DNA from: an uncultured bacterium
GTDB taxonomy: Bacteria > CSSED10-310 > CAZUFC01
DNA length: 64,000 bases
Direction: 5' to 3'
Assembly: GCA_964619725.1 (NCBI GenBank)
Contig: CAZUFC010000029.1
Span: 1-64,000 of the forward strand
In this document: piece after piece, positions 40,582 to 50,900 of the stretch
How positions within the stretch are numbered: position 1 is the first letter of the stretch
Layout: the number at the start of each line of letters is the position of its first letter
Program-made: the position numbers and the translations under genes
The notes under the pieces: generated by a model
The model's input: only the letters and a program-made list of their open reading frames with translations
Databases searched by the model: none
What the model was told of the DNA's origin: nothing

Positions 40582-41991
40582 ATGATGGATAACGGCAAAA
40601 AATCGAAGAAAGGATTCGGTAGGAGGGAAGCGTTCCGTATCGGTTTGTACGGCAGTGAGAAATTCGTTGCTGTAGTGAAGGGTTATATGCCTGAAGCCCC
40701 ACATCTTGAAGTCAGATCGATAAGCCGGAAAAATTTTTCTCAGTTGCTGGATGGACAATTCAATTTTTATATCATTGAATCTGAACTATATTCGGAAATT
40801 TGCAGGATAGAGAATTTTGCCCTGGAAGATTCATCATTCATAGTTGTGGGGGAAAAAGACGACGTCAGGGCGGCGGTGGAGTGGATTAAGGCCGGCGCCT
40901 GCGATTACTTTTCGATTTCGAATGACAAAGGAGCTATTTCTGAAGCAGCGGCGAAGGAATATGAGAGTTGGCTGAAGAAGATCGATGAACTGAGCCGGAA
41001 TTTTATTTTGTCGGACCGGTTTATCGGTTCAGGTCCGTTTGCTGGGGACCTCAGTCGAACGATAAAGAAGGTGGCGAAACTGCCGGGTTTGACTGTGTTG
41101 CTTCAGGGTGAGACAGGGACGGGCAAGGGTTTGGCTGCCCGGTTGATACACCGTTATTCCGAGAGTGAAGGGGAGCTTGTAGAGATAAATTGTGCCGCGA
41201 TTCCTGAGCAGTTACTGGAATCCGAATTGCTCGGTTATGAGGCCGGTTCTTTCACAGATGCCCGGCAGAGAAAGATCGGACTTCTTGAGCTGGCGGAGAA
41301 GGGATCGGTTTTGCTGGATGAGATAGGCTGCATGCCTTACGAACTGCAGGCTAAGATTTTGAAATGCATTGAAGAAAAGAAATTCCGGCGAATCGGAGGG
41401 CAGCATGAGCTCAAGTTTAATGCCCGCATAATAGCATCGACGAATTCGGATTTGCCCGAGATGGTAAAAAGGGGAAAATTCAGGAAAGACCTTTATTACC
41501 GTCTGAATGTGTTTCCGATTAAGATGAAGGCGTTAAGGGAGAGGCAAGAGGACATTTTTCCGCTGGCCGAACATTTCCTGCAATATTTCAATAAAATTTA
41601 CGGCCTTAAAGTCAAGGGTATAACGGAGAATGCTTTGAGGGGTCTGGAGAAATATGAATGGCCGGGTAATGTGAGGGAATTGAAGCATAAGACGGAGAGG
41701 GCGGTAATATTGCGAGAGGAAGGCATGCTGCAGCCCGGAGATTTCGGTTGGGATGATGAACCCGGCGGCAATAACGGACAAAAAACGATCAGAATAATGT
41801 TAGGACCGGAAGGGATACGATTTGAGGATGCGGAGAGAGAAGTAATCCGCCAGACTCTGGTTCTGGCCAAAGGCAACCGGTCCCGTGCAGCACGGATGCT
41901 CGAAATGCCTCGAAGCAGACTTCTACGAATGATCGACAAGCATAACTTGAAAGAAGAGGGTAAAAACGACAGCAATAAAGAATGGGGATAA
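40582..41991 (+). CDS. Sigma-54-dependent enhancer-binding activator (degenerate receiver, AAA+, Fis HTH)
   Basis: GETGTGKG, INCAAIP..LLESELLG, GSFTDA, LLDEIG, FRKDLYYRLNV, WPGNVREL and GNRSRAARML motifs. Confidence 0.93.
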   Translation: MMDNGKKSKKGFGRREAFRIGLYGSEKFVAVVKGYMPEAPHLEVRSISRKNFSQLLDGQFNFYIIESELYSEICRIENFALEDSSFIVVGEKDDVRAAVEWIKAGACDYFSISNDKGAISEAAAKEYESWLKKIDELSRNFILSDRFIGSGPFAGDLSRTIKKVAKLPGLTVLLQGETGTGKGLAARLIHRYSESEGELVEINCAAIPEQLLESELLGYEAGSFTDARQRKIGLLELAEKGSVLLDEIGCMPYELQAKILKCIEEKKFRRIGGQHELKFNARIIASTNSDLPEMVKRGKFRKDLYYRLNVFPIKMKALRERQEDIFPLAEHFLQYFNKIYGLKVKGITENALRGLEKYEWPGNVRELKHKTERAVILREEGMLQPGDFGWDDEPGGNNGQKTIRIMLGPEGIRFEDAEREVIRQTLVLAKGNRSRAARMLEMPRSRLLRMIDKHNLKEEGKNDSNKEWG

Positions 41992-42047
41992 ATCGAATGA
42001 AACAAACGGCTGATTTTCATATAATTTTCTTTATAGGGAGGCTTCTG

Positions 42048-42566
42048 ATGAATAAAATTTCAAAAGCGTTGCCCGCGGGCTGCGTTCTGTTTTTGATGAT
42101 TTGCGTCGTTTCGGCTCAGTATGCCGAGTTCGAGTATGCCAATGACAATGGAGATTGCTGGTACCACGAGAGATATTTCCCACCTTCTGCGGGCGGTTCA
42201 TTGACCTTGAAAAAAGGTTCATGCCTGACCATTCCCAACGGTTCATTAGGTGAAGGCGTCAGGATATGGGGAGAAGTATGCCGGTTTGATATGAGCGACA
42301 ATATGATTACGGGGATAACATTCGGTCCCGGCGGAACTGCCTTTAATCCGCCCGCGACTTTGACGATCCGCTATTTCGGAGAATTCAAACCGAGTGACCA
42401 AGTCGCCTGTTATTTCTGGGATGAAGAGAATTCCACCTGGGTGATCGTAGACGCATATCACGATGTGGACGATAAATCTTTTCACTTTAAAATACCTCAT
42501 TTTTCTCTTTACGCTGTCTCATCCAATCGGGAAGACCTGGATATAGTATTGGATGAACTTAATTGA
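42048..42566 (+). CDS. Secreted ZU5-like domain protein, copy 1
   Basis: Start MNKISK after GGAGG; signal peptide; GGSL.L..G..L.IP.GSL, FGP.G..F..P..L.I and C-terminal HFSLYAV. Confidence 0.7.
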   Translation: MNKISKALPAGCVLFLMICVVSAQYAEFEYANDNGDCWYHERYFPPSAGGSLTLKKGSCLTIPNGSLGEGVRIWGEVCRFDMSDNMITGITFGPGGTAFNPPATLTIRYFGEFKPSDQVACYFWDEENSTWVIVDAYHDVDDKSFHFKIPHFSLYAVSSNREDLDIVLDELN

Positions 42567-42665
42567 AAAGAGCGGTACGTCTGTCGATTTCGAAAACCGG
42601 CTTCACTGTTTTGAAAGAGACCTAAAACTTGTCAGGGTTTAACAGGCAGATATTCAGGTTTTAAT

Positions 42666-43886
42666 ATGAATTCCGCCAGGACATATTGGACCGACGCCGT
42701 TGGAGAATGGACGGATAAGCTGTGCGGTTCCATGACCGGAGAGAGGAATCACGATGCGATTATAGCTTCAGCCGAATGTCTGAAAAAATTCCTTTTTTAC
42801 AAGAAAACAGGCAAAAAAGTATCTGTCGGTAAAATTCAAGCTGCATTCGACAAAATACCTCTTCATCTTTTACCTCAGCCCATCAGGAAAACAATGGTCA
42901 CAAAAATCGTCAACATTTTAAGCATTCTGGGTTACGGAGAAGAGGCGCTGAAATTTTCGGAGCAACATCAATCTCTTGATTCTGAGATCGCCATTCCTGC
43001 TGACGCTTTGCTGGCGAGATATCAGGGGGAATTGCTAAGGCGGCAGGGAAGGTCTGATGAAGCTTTCCAACTGCAGAAAAAAGCTTATAAAATTTTCAGC
43101 CGATATCAAAAAAAAATTAGTGAAGCACATTGCCTGAACAACATGGGCATCATTTTTTTAGACAAAGGCTCCATTGCTGTTGCAAGAGATTATTTCGAGC
43201 AGGGAATGGATTTAATTGAGCCGTATGACTCGTCTTTTCTGAAGGGACATCTGTTCAATAATCTCGGTATAATCCATTACATTCAGGGCGACCTGGACGC
43301 CGCTGTCTCTCTCCTGAAAAGAAGCCTGGCTTACAGAAAAAAGTCGTATGATTGGCCGGGGACCGCCGAAACTCTTTACAATCAAGCTCTCATTTGCATA
43401 CGAAAAGAGACGCTGAACAGCGCCCTGTCCATGCTTGAGCGCTCCCGGGAAATTGCTGAAAAACTCCTGTTCGCAGAATTAATCGCTCACATTCATGCCG
43501 CGAAAGCGGAAATATATCTGGAAAAGTCGGACCATGAACCGGCAATGGCCTTTTTAAACAATGCCTTCAAGCTTTACAAAAAACAAAAAAACTTTGCCGG
43601 TATAGCAGAGGTTAAAAAATTAAGAGCAAAGGCTCTGATGCAATGCGGAAATTCCGGAGATGCTTTGCCGGAATTGAACGCAGCATTAAAAATACTCAGA
43701 AAAATCAGGTTCAAACTGGGCGAAGCTGAGGCGCTTGAAGTTGAATCTGAAATTATGGGCAGCCTGGGAAATACGAACGAGAGCTTACCCTTGTTGAAAA
43801 AATCTCTGAAGATTTTTCAGCAGATGGGAGCAAAACTGGATATTGCGCGCGTGGAAAGTAAAATCAAATCTTTCCTCCTGGTTTGA
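42666..43886 (+). CDS. Cytoplasmic TPR protein (MalT/TPR_12-like), copy 1
   Basis: Repeated A..LNN.G.I....G....A...... units; no signal peptide or TM segment. Confidence 0.85.
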   Translation: MNSARTYWTDAVGEWTDKLCGSMTGERNHDAIIASAECLKKFLFYKKTGKKVSVGKIQAAFDKIPLHLLPQPIRKTMVTKIVNILSILGYGEEALKFSEQHQSLDSEIAIPADALLARYQGELLRRQGRSDEAFQLQKKAYKIFSRYQKKISEAHCLNNMGIIFLDKGSIAVARDYFEQGMDLIEPYDSSFLKGHLFNNLGIIHYIQGDLDAAVSLLKRSLAYRKKSYDWPGTAETLYNQALICIRKETLNSALSMLERSREIAEKLLFAELIAHIHAAKAEIYLEKSDHEPAMAFLNNAFKLYKKQKNFAGIAEVKKLRAKALMQCGNSGDALPELNAALKILRKIRFKLGEAEALEVESEIMGSLGNTNESLPLLKKSLKIFQQMGAKLDIARVESKIKSFLLV

Positions 43887-44113
43887 ACTGTCCTGTTTCG
43901 CAGCGCCTGCAAAATATTTCGAAAATTCCTGGAAACAATATATTCATATCAGAGCTCTAAAACGAAAAACTGGAATTTATCGAGGGAAGTCCGCAGAGTT
44001 TGTGCGCTGGAAGAGTATATTCCCGGACAGGGATATTATTTACAGGCGGCGATTAAAGTCACAGGAGCCCTTTTTCATGGATAAGGCAGGTCCCGATCTG
44101 TCCGTATCGAATG

Positions 44114-44129
44114 GGGCACGGAAATTGCA
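44114..44129 (+). promoter_or_regulatory. Sigma-54 (-24/-12) promoter
   Basis: GGGCACGGAAATTGCA with exact GG-N10-GC spacing. Confidence 0.75.
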
Positions 44130-44181
44130 TATATAATTTTATCTCAACAACGTTAACGGATTTTTTTTGAAAGGAGTACAT

Positions 44182-44940
44182 ATGAAAAAATCGAAGTTTT
44201 TATGGATTGCGGTTGTGTTGACGTTAGTCAGCGCCTGGTCCGCGCAAGCAGATGATATTGATCTGCCGCAATGTAATTTCCGCGTGGACGTATCTTCATC
44301 AGGGGTGGTCCGATATCATATCGTCATTGAGGATTTTGTGAATATTCACGCCCGTTTTGATGAAAGCGAGGTTCCCTATGTAATATATGACGATGGAACG
44401 GCCTATCTGGTTGTCGAGGCAATGCAGCTCAATGAAGACAATTTTGATATAACCGTTTGCGCTAGTTATCTGGGGTATGAATATTGCGAAAGCGCGACAT
44501 TTCCTTACGGTTCCGGTCATTTGATTTACAATCCTGACGACGGAGGACCGGGAGGCCATCATCATGGACACATGAAGAACCATCATGGAGGAGTGCAAGG
44601 AATTTCAGCCGCGGATGGACAGTATGGAAAGATATTCAGAGCTAAGTTGAAGGTTATGTCGAACAGGGCTAGATATGATTATTCTTTTTTTGAAGAAGGA
44701 GCTGCTTTCTTCCGTGAGTGCGGTGTTCTGGATTGCGTTTATGATGGAATTACATGCGATGACATCATTGACCTCGACATTGCGGATCTGATGGGATACG
44801 AAATAATCGGAGACGTTTATCTGACGGACTTGGTTGACGGTCCGACATTCGGATACGATTTTACGGAACCGGCGTGGGTCGGGAGCGGTCAAATCGAACT
44901 TCCTTTGGGAAATTATATGGCGATTTTCCGATATAATTAG
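44182..44940 (+). CDS. Secreted acidic hypothetical protein with a His-rich linker
   Basis: RBS AAGGAG; signal peptide ending AQA; GGHHHGHMKNHHGG segment. Confidence 0.75.
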   Translation: MKKSKFLWIAVVLTLVSAWSAQADDIDLPQCNFRVDVSSSGVVRYHIVIEDFVNIHARFDESEVPYVIYDDGTAYLVVEAMQLNEDNFDITVCASYLGYEYCESATFPYGSGHLIYNPDDGGPGGHHHGHMKNHHGGVQGISAADGQYGKIFRAKLKVMSNRARYDYSFFEEGAAFFRECGVLDCVYDGITCDDIIDLDIADLMGYEIIGDVYLTDLVDGPTFGYDFTEPAWVGSGQIELPLGNYMAIFRYN

Positions 44941-44959
44941 AGGTTTTTAATTCTGCTGT

Positions 44960-44998
44960 TTCCGGCGCGTTTACGAGGTTTCAGTAAGCGCGCCGGAA
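44960..44998 (+). terminator. Stem-loop after the secreted protein gene
   Basis: TTCCGGCGCG...CGCGCCGGAA inverted repeat; no clear U-tract. Confidence 0.5.
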
Positions 44999-45046
44999 CC
45001 GGCAGTTGTATTCAGAGAGCATTAAAGCGAAACGAAATGAATAATT

Positions 45047-45062
45047 AGGCATAAAAATTGCA
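45047..45062 (+). promoter_or_regulatory. Sigma-54 (-24/-12) promoter
   Basis: AGGCATAAAAATTGCA with GG-N10-GC spacing, just upstream of the ZU5-like copy 2 gene. Confidence 0.7.
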
Positions 45063-45082
45063 GAAAAAATTGGGAGGTTGAA

Positions 45083-45598
45083 GTGATTAAGCGTATTCTA
45101 ACAGTTTTGCAGTTTTTTTTGATAGGGGCGATTGGGTTCAACGTCTACGCTCAGGATTGCGATATAGACTTTTCAACGGATATTGAATGCTGGTACAAGC
45201 AGAGGTATTTTCCGCCGGAGGGCGGAGGAATCCTTGCATTGAACCAGGGGACCAAACTCATCATACCGGGCGGTTCCCTCAATGAAGGAACCGTTTTATG
45301 GGCTGAGGTCTGCCGTTATGATCTGGAGGATAAAACGGTAACGAGTTTTGAATTCGGACCGCCGGGGATTCAATTTAATTCTTCGGTGTCGTTGGTTCTG
45401 AGATATTTCGACTTTCCAGAGGGTCCATCCGATGTCGTGTGCCGGTATTGGGACGAAGAGACGTCGCAGTGGTTATGCGTTCAGGCATATCACGATGAAG
45501 GAACAAAGACGTATGAGTTCAAGATAAGCCACTTTTCATTATATGCGGTTTCGTCCAACAGAGAGGATATGGAGATAGAGCTGTGGGAAGCGGAATGA
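45083..45598 (+). CDS. Secreted ZU5-like domain protein, copy 2
   Basis: Clear paralog of 42048-42566, sharing CWY..RYFPP, EVCR.D, WDEE.S.W, AYHD and HFSLYAVSSNRED. Confidence 0.75.
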   Translation: MIKRILTVLQFFLIGAIGFNVYAQDCDIDFSTDIECWYKQRYFPPEGGGILALNQGTKLIIPGGSLNEGTVLWAEVCRYDLEDKTVTSFEFGPPGIQFNSSVSLVLRYFDFPEGPSDVVCRYWDEETSQWLCVQAYHDEGTKTYEFKISHFSLYAVSSNREDMEIELWEAE

Positions 45599-45625
45599 AG
45601 TCGCTGCGTTTTATACTGAATAGTT

Positions 45626-46858
45626 ATGAGTTCTTTTGAATCATATTGGGATGATCGATTTAATCGATATATTGGACTTTTAAAGGAAAAATCAGTAGAT
45701 GAGTCTGCAGGCGCCGTGACGGTTTCGGCGACTCGTTGCCTGATGAGTTTTCTGGAGTTGCAGGGGAAGCGAAAACCAATGCCGGTCAGCAAACTTATGA
45801 AGTCCGTCCGGGAACTTCCCCTTCAGAATTTACCAGATTCCCAAAAGTATATCCTGCTTTCGATTATAATCAGAAGTCTGACGACTCTGGGACTTGTTCA
45901 CCAGGCTTTGAAGTATTCTTTTGAGCATCAGGCGCCGGACAAAGAGGTCGAAACCAGCTCTGAAGCTTTAATAGCAAGGCTTCAGGGTGACTTGTTGCGA
46001 CAAGCAGGGCATCATGAAGAGGCCTGGAAGTGTCAGCAAAATGCCCTGCGCATCTTCAGCAAGAATAAGAACTCGGTTAATGAGGCTCATTGTTTGAACA
46101 ATCTTGGACTCATTCTGATGGATCAGGGAAATATCATAAAGGCTGAAAAATATTTTTCCGAAAGTCTGGCTCTTCTTAATCGAAGCCTTAAAGTCTGCCG
46201 AGTCAATCCTTTGCTTACAGGACATCTGCATAATAATCTGGGCATTATCGACTCTATTCAGGGAAAATTCGATTCTGCCGCATCACATCTCATGCGCAGC
46301 ATCAATTACCGGGAAAAAGTTCACGACTGGCCCGGCATCGCTGAAAGTTCTTATAACTCGGCGCTGATATTCATCAAAAAAAAAGATTATGATGCGGCAG
46401 TCAGCCTGCTTGATAAATCCGCCGCTATCGCCCAAAAAATCGGAATCAACCTGCTCGTCGCCCATCAGTTGGTCGCTCGCTCTGAAATCTATATGGAAAA
46501 GGATGATTTCAAACCCGCTGAATACTGTCTGAAAAACGCCCAAAAAATTTATAAGGAGCAGGACTTTCTGCTGGGGATCGCTGAGGTTATGAAAGTTGAA
46601 GGCATGCTGTTGATGCGGCGGAAAAATATGAGACAGGCGAAAGCATTATTGCTGAAAGCGTTAAGGCATTATCAGGATGCGAATTTCCAAATGGGCTCGG
46701 CTCAAACTAAAGAACTGCTCGCAGAAATTCACCTGGAAAACAGCGACGGGCGCAAGGCGAAAAAACTCATGAAAGAAGCTGTTGAAGTATTCCAGGTCTT
46801 GAATGCCGCCGAAGAGGTCAGACGGTTACGTACCCGTTTGAAAAACGTAACGGACTGA
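45626..46858 (+). CDS. Cytoplasmic TPR protein, copy 2
   Basis: Paralog of 42666-43886, sharing YW.D, EAHCLNN.G, GHL.NNLGII..IQG and DWPG.AE. Confidence 0.85.
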   Translation: MSSFESYWDDRFNRYIGLLKEKSVDESAGAVTVSATRCLMSFLELQGKRKPMPVSKLMKSVRELPLQNLPDSQKYILLSIIIRSLTTLGLVHQALKYSFEHQAPDKEVETSSEALIARLQGDLLRQAGHHEEAWKCQQNALRIFSKNKNSVNEAHCLNNLGLILMDQGNIIKAEKYFSESLALLNRSLKVCRVNPLLTGHLHNNLGIIDSIQGKFDSAASHLMRSINYREKVHDWPGIAESSYNSALIFIKKKDYDAAVSLLDKSAAIAQKIGINLLVAHQLVARSEIYMEKDDFKPAEYCLKNAQKIYKEQDFLLGIAEVMKVEGMLLMRRKNMRQAKALLLKALRHYQDANFQMGSAQTKELLAEIHLENSDGRKAKKLMKEAVEVFQVLNAAEEVRRLRTRLKNVTD

Positions 46859-47092
46859 TCAGAGCCGGTCAAGCAACGAACTTCGAAACCGGACTCGATT
46901 TTAAGCGCAGGCGCGGGTTCACTTTTGCAGGCCGCTACTGCGCCTGTATACGATCTGTTTTAGTACAGGTTTAATCTTGAGAGCGACGAAAAGTAACCTA
47001 TTTCAGGACAGAACAGGCAAGCAACGGGGTCTGTGGGGTTGAACGAGTGTTAAGGCAGCTATAATTTATTGTAAAAGAAGGATTTAATAAAA

Positions 47093-47108
47093 TGGCATTC
47101 GGATTGCA
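47093..47108 (+). promoter_or_regulatory. Sigma-54 (-24/-12) promoter with no clear downstream gene
   Basis: TGGCATTCGGATTGCA with GG-N10-GC spacing. Confidence 0.6.
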
Positions 47109-47418
47109 TGTCTTCAGTTGGAGAGAGGGAATCCCTGAATGCAGGGAATTTAAACACCCAGGATCATTGGTTCAATGCGAAGCGTCAGCACGAAAAGAGC
47201 AAAAAAAATCAAGGGAGGGCGAATTGCAAGCAGGATCAGCCGATCCCTATAAGGGAAAAGCTGACGCTCGCATGGAACCATTTTTTCATCGCAAGCAGGG
47301 GTGAAATGTGATGAGTCGGGGAGAGGAAGAGTCATTTCCCGACAGAAGTCATCAAATTTTTTAGCGATGATCAGCATGCCTTGTGAGTATTTTTAGAAAA
47401 ATTGGATTTGTGTGGATT

Positions 47419-47892
47419 TTACAGGAATTTTTCTTCCAGTTCTCTAGCAGCTTCGTGCAGACTTTTCCATTGCCTTCTGACGGTGGCCATGGAAACTTCG
47501 CCGTTTTTGACGTTCAGCCTTTCATAGACGGCTTTCACTGACAAGGTTCTGTCTTCTTTGAAGATTTTTTTCAATGCTTTTGCATAGGGTTGGAATTTGA
47601 AAGACTTTTTTGGGCCCCGTTTGTCGAGTTTCAATCCAATCATGCCTTCTTTCGAGTATTTATCAGCATAAGAAGAGATCGTAGTGGGATGGATGCCGAA
47701 TTTTTTGCCGACTTCCTGGTAAGTGCTTGTTTTGCTTTGCACAAGCCTTATCAGTTCATACTTAACGGAAATTTTGTCTTTTTTGTTAATGACGATGGTG
47801 TGGGGTACATGATAGGTGAAATAAATTTTATCCCCTGATTTCGTGATTTCAAACTCAGGACGCTTGAAAAGTTCCCTTTGTTTGTTGCTCAT
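47419..47892 (-). CDS. Helix-turn-helix domain protein
   Basis: YQEVGKKFGIHPTTISSY...Y..EG..GL...KRGPK homeodomain-like HTH plus a second HTH (VSMATVRR). Confidence 0.7.
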   Translation of the reverse strand: MSNKQRELFKRPEFEITKSGDKIYFTYHVPHTIVINKKDKISVKYELIRLVQSKTSTYQEVGKKFGIHPTTISSYADKYSKEGMIGLKLDKRGPKKSFKFQPYAKALKKIFKEDRTLSVKAVYERLNVKNGEVSMATVRRQWKSLHEAARELEEKFL

Positions 47893-47945
47893 CCCAATGA
47901 ACCCGGCGACTAAATGAAGAAAAACGTTGTTGTTAGACTGGACGA

Positions 47946-50900
47946 CTATTTCGTCAGATTTACGATCGCATTTTTAATTTTCTCATATTCCTGAAAACAC
48001 TCTTGAATAAGAACAGGAATTTCGGTGAGGCTTTCTTTGAAATCTTCCCTGTTTTTCCACTCTTTCTCAAGACGATTGCTCCACTCCCTGAGCTCGGCAA
48101 GTTTTTCTTTGAGTCCGGCGATTTTTCCTGATGTTCTCGGATCAACGCCTTTTCTCGATCTCATGGTCAAAGTGTTGATCAGGTTTTTTAAGAAAACGAG
48201 GCGAGTTTCAAAGGGAGCGGACTTAACCAGCCGGGATACGGTAAAATCAAGAAGTTTTTCGTTCCAATCAGATGCGACCAGGTATTCGACGAGATATTCG
48301 AAGGTTCCTTCTTTCTTTTGATTTTCCAATTCATGCAGTTTATCGTGTTTCTTTTTCGGAAGCTCTATTCTTTTTCGCATTTCCAGGAAAGCTTTGCGAT
48401 CAGTTGCGGATAGATAAAAAATCTTGGCCTCATCTTCATCGGATGCGGCTGCAGGAGCGGCTTCAAAATTTTCAAGAGGTTTCAGGGCTTTCTCCGTCAA
48501 TGACTTCAAGTCTTCGACCGTCCTTTTTAAAATTTGATTGGACAGTATAGTCATTTTCTTCAAGTCTTTGGGTATATTATTGATAAGGGCGACATGGGAT
48601 TTAAGTTTTTCCAGGGTACCTTCGATAGGAAGCACCAATTCGCCGACGTCGAGGTACCCGGACTGTCTGGGCAGACGGGGAATTTGTTCGAGAAAGTAGG
48701 CTGCGGCGGCTTTTCGTTCAGGGAAGGCAGTTTTGGATACTTGTTTCAAGAAGACAGTAGTGAAAGAATCGGAATCCTCCATGGTCAGGAATATATCGCT
48801 GAGATTCCTGCCCGCTTCATCAATTTCCGTATTATTATCCGAGGAAAGCGCCCCGGCAAGAGCATCCAGACCCTCTTTCACGGCATCTTCCCATTCGTTT
48901 TTACCCTTGTGCAGTCTGCTCAGATAAAGATGCGGCATGCATGCTTTCGGATTGACGCCTGCAGCGTTTTTGAAAGTTTTCATGGCGAGCTTGGCGCTGC
49001 CGGAATTATGGTAATGAATTGCGAGTTCAAGAACGGATTCGAAGTCGGTAGGATTAATTTCCATTGCTTTCTGCAGGGCTTTCATGGCGGCTTGCTTATC
49101 GTCGACCAATTTGTAAAGTTTTCCCAGATAAGTAAAATAAAGATAATGATGCGTCTCCAGTTCGACCGCTTTTTCCAGATGCTCAATTCCTTTTCGGGCG
49201 TTTACGTTTTTGGATTTTATGCCGGCCATTTCATAATATAAACGTCCGGCCGCATAATGAATGAAAGTTCGAGGATTTTTTTTAGCCAAGAGCGGCTTAA
49301 GGGCTGAAATTCCTGCCTGTAAATAGGATGGGTCAGCCGTTTGCCGGTAAACGTCGAGAACGACGTCCAAAAAGCGTCCGGGTCCCGGCGACAGTGCTTT
49401 CACAGCGCTTTTAAACGCCGTTTTGGCTTCCCTCTTTTTGGCGGGGCCGATGTAATGCAATGCTTTGCCCAAAGTGATCCTTACATCGGGAAGCAGACTA
49501 TGTTTGTCAGGCAACTCCTCATCCAGTTTTTCACAGATGATCTGAGCCGCCCGGAAATCTCCGGCATCAATGAATGCCCTGGCAACGAAAAGCTTATCCT
49601 GAGCTTCCAGTTTTTCATCTTCCAATCGTTTATTTAAAATCGTCGCAGCCTCACGCACCCTTTTTTGACGCGCATACAGCTTACCCAGCCATACCATAGC
49701 CTCGCCGTAACCGAGTTCATAGGACTTTTCAAAAGCCTCCTCAGCCGCCTGATGGCGACCTAATCCGAATTCGCATAAACCCAAATACCACCACCATTCC
49801 GGGTTCTGGGTCAGCAGAGTCTCGCCGCGCTTCAAAACATTCAGGGCGCTCCGGTAATCGCCGTGCCCGTGGAGCTCCTTCGCCAATATCAATAATAAAC
49901 GTTTGCCCTTGTTCCGGGGAATAATGATTTCAATCTGACGGAAAGTTTCATGATAAGCGTCAAGCAGTGAAATGAATTCCTCCAGGTAAACGATCTTGTC
50001 GGAATTCGCTCCGTCCGACTTCAGCAAATCAAGGTAACTCTTCATGGAGTCCATCACTTGTTTAATGTAAGTCTCACCCGATGATTTCCCATCACCTTCC
50101 GTCGACTGCGGCAAGTAAATTCCCGCCTGCTCCGCAGTTCTTAAAACCTCACGAAACAAGACCCTGGTCGGATTCCGCGTGGGTTCCGATTGCGGATCAG
50201 CCCGTAAAAAACGCAGCAGTTCATTCCGCCGCTTTTCAGTCAGCTCGATAAGAAGATCGATTCCTTCTTCAAAATTCGGCTCCAGCTTTAAACATTGAGC
50301 CAGATACTCAAGCGCAAATTGCTCGTTTCCCAGATCGAGATAAAGCGAGGCGGCGCTGAAATAAGCCGTATGATTGTTCTGCTTTAATTGAATCATACGC
50401 TCAATCCATTCCCGCGCCCCTTCCATATCGCCTCGCTGGTAACGAATTCGCGCAATGTGAAAATAACTCTCTGAATCATTCGGGTCCTGGTCCAATATCC
50501 GCTGAAATATCTTTTCTGAGACCTTGTTTTTTCCGGCGTTTAAATATGATTCCCCTATTTCACGCAATTGATCCAGGCTCACTTTGTCCGTTAAATCATA
50601 TTTGCTGATCAAACGCCACAAAACAACATGATAATCGGAAGGAAGCTCCTCCGCCAAACTTACCAGAAACTTCGTGTCCTGCTCGCGCAACGCCTTCTTG
50701 TTCAGAGAAACGAGAATCTTGGCTGCAGCCAGGTATTCGCCGCTCCTGTAATGACAATAAGCTTTTTCCACCAGAAGCATCTCATACGATAGGCCTGACT
50801 TCACGGCTTTGGAAAAACGAGCGACAGCCTTGTCCCAGTTCTTACGGTCTTCCTCTAAAAGACCCAGACAAAACTCGCCCAATCCCTTGTCCAGACTCCG

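Noticed and set aside
47419-47892. Active IS element
   Set aside because: HTH only; no DDE domain or terminal repeats seen.
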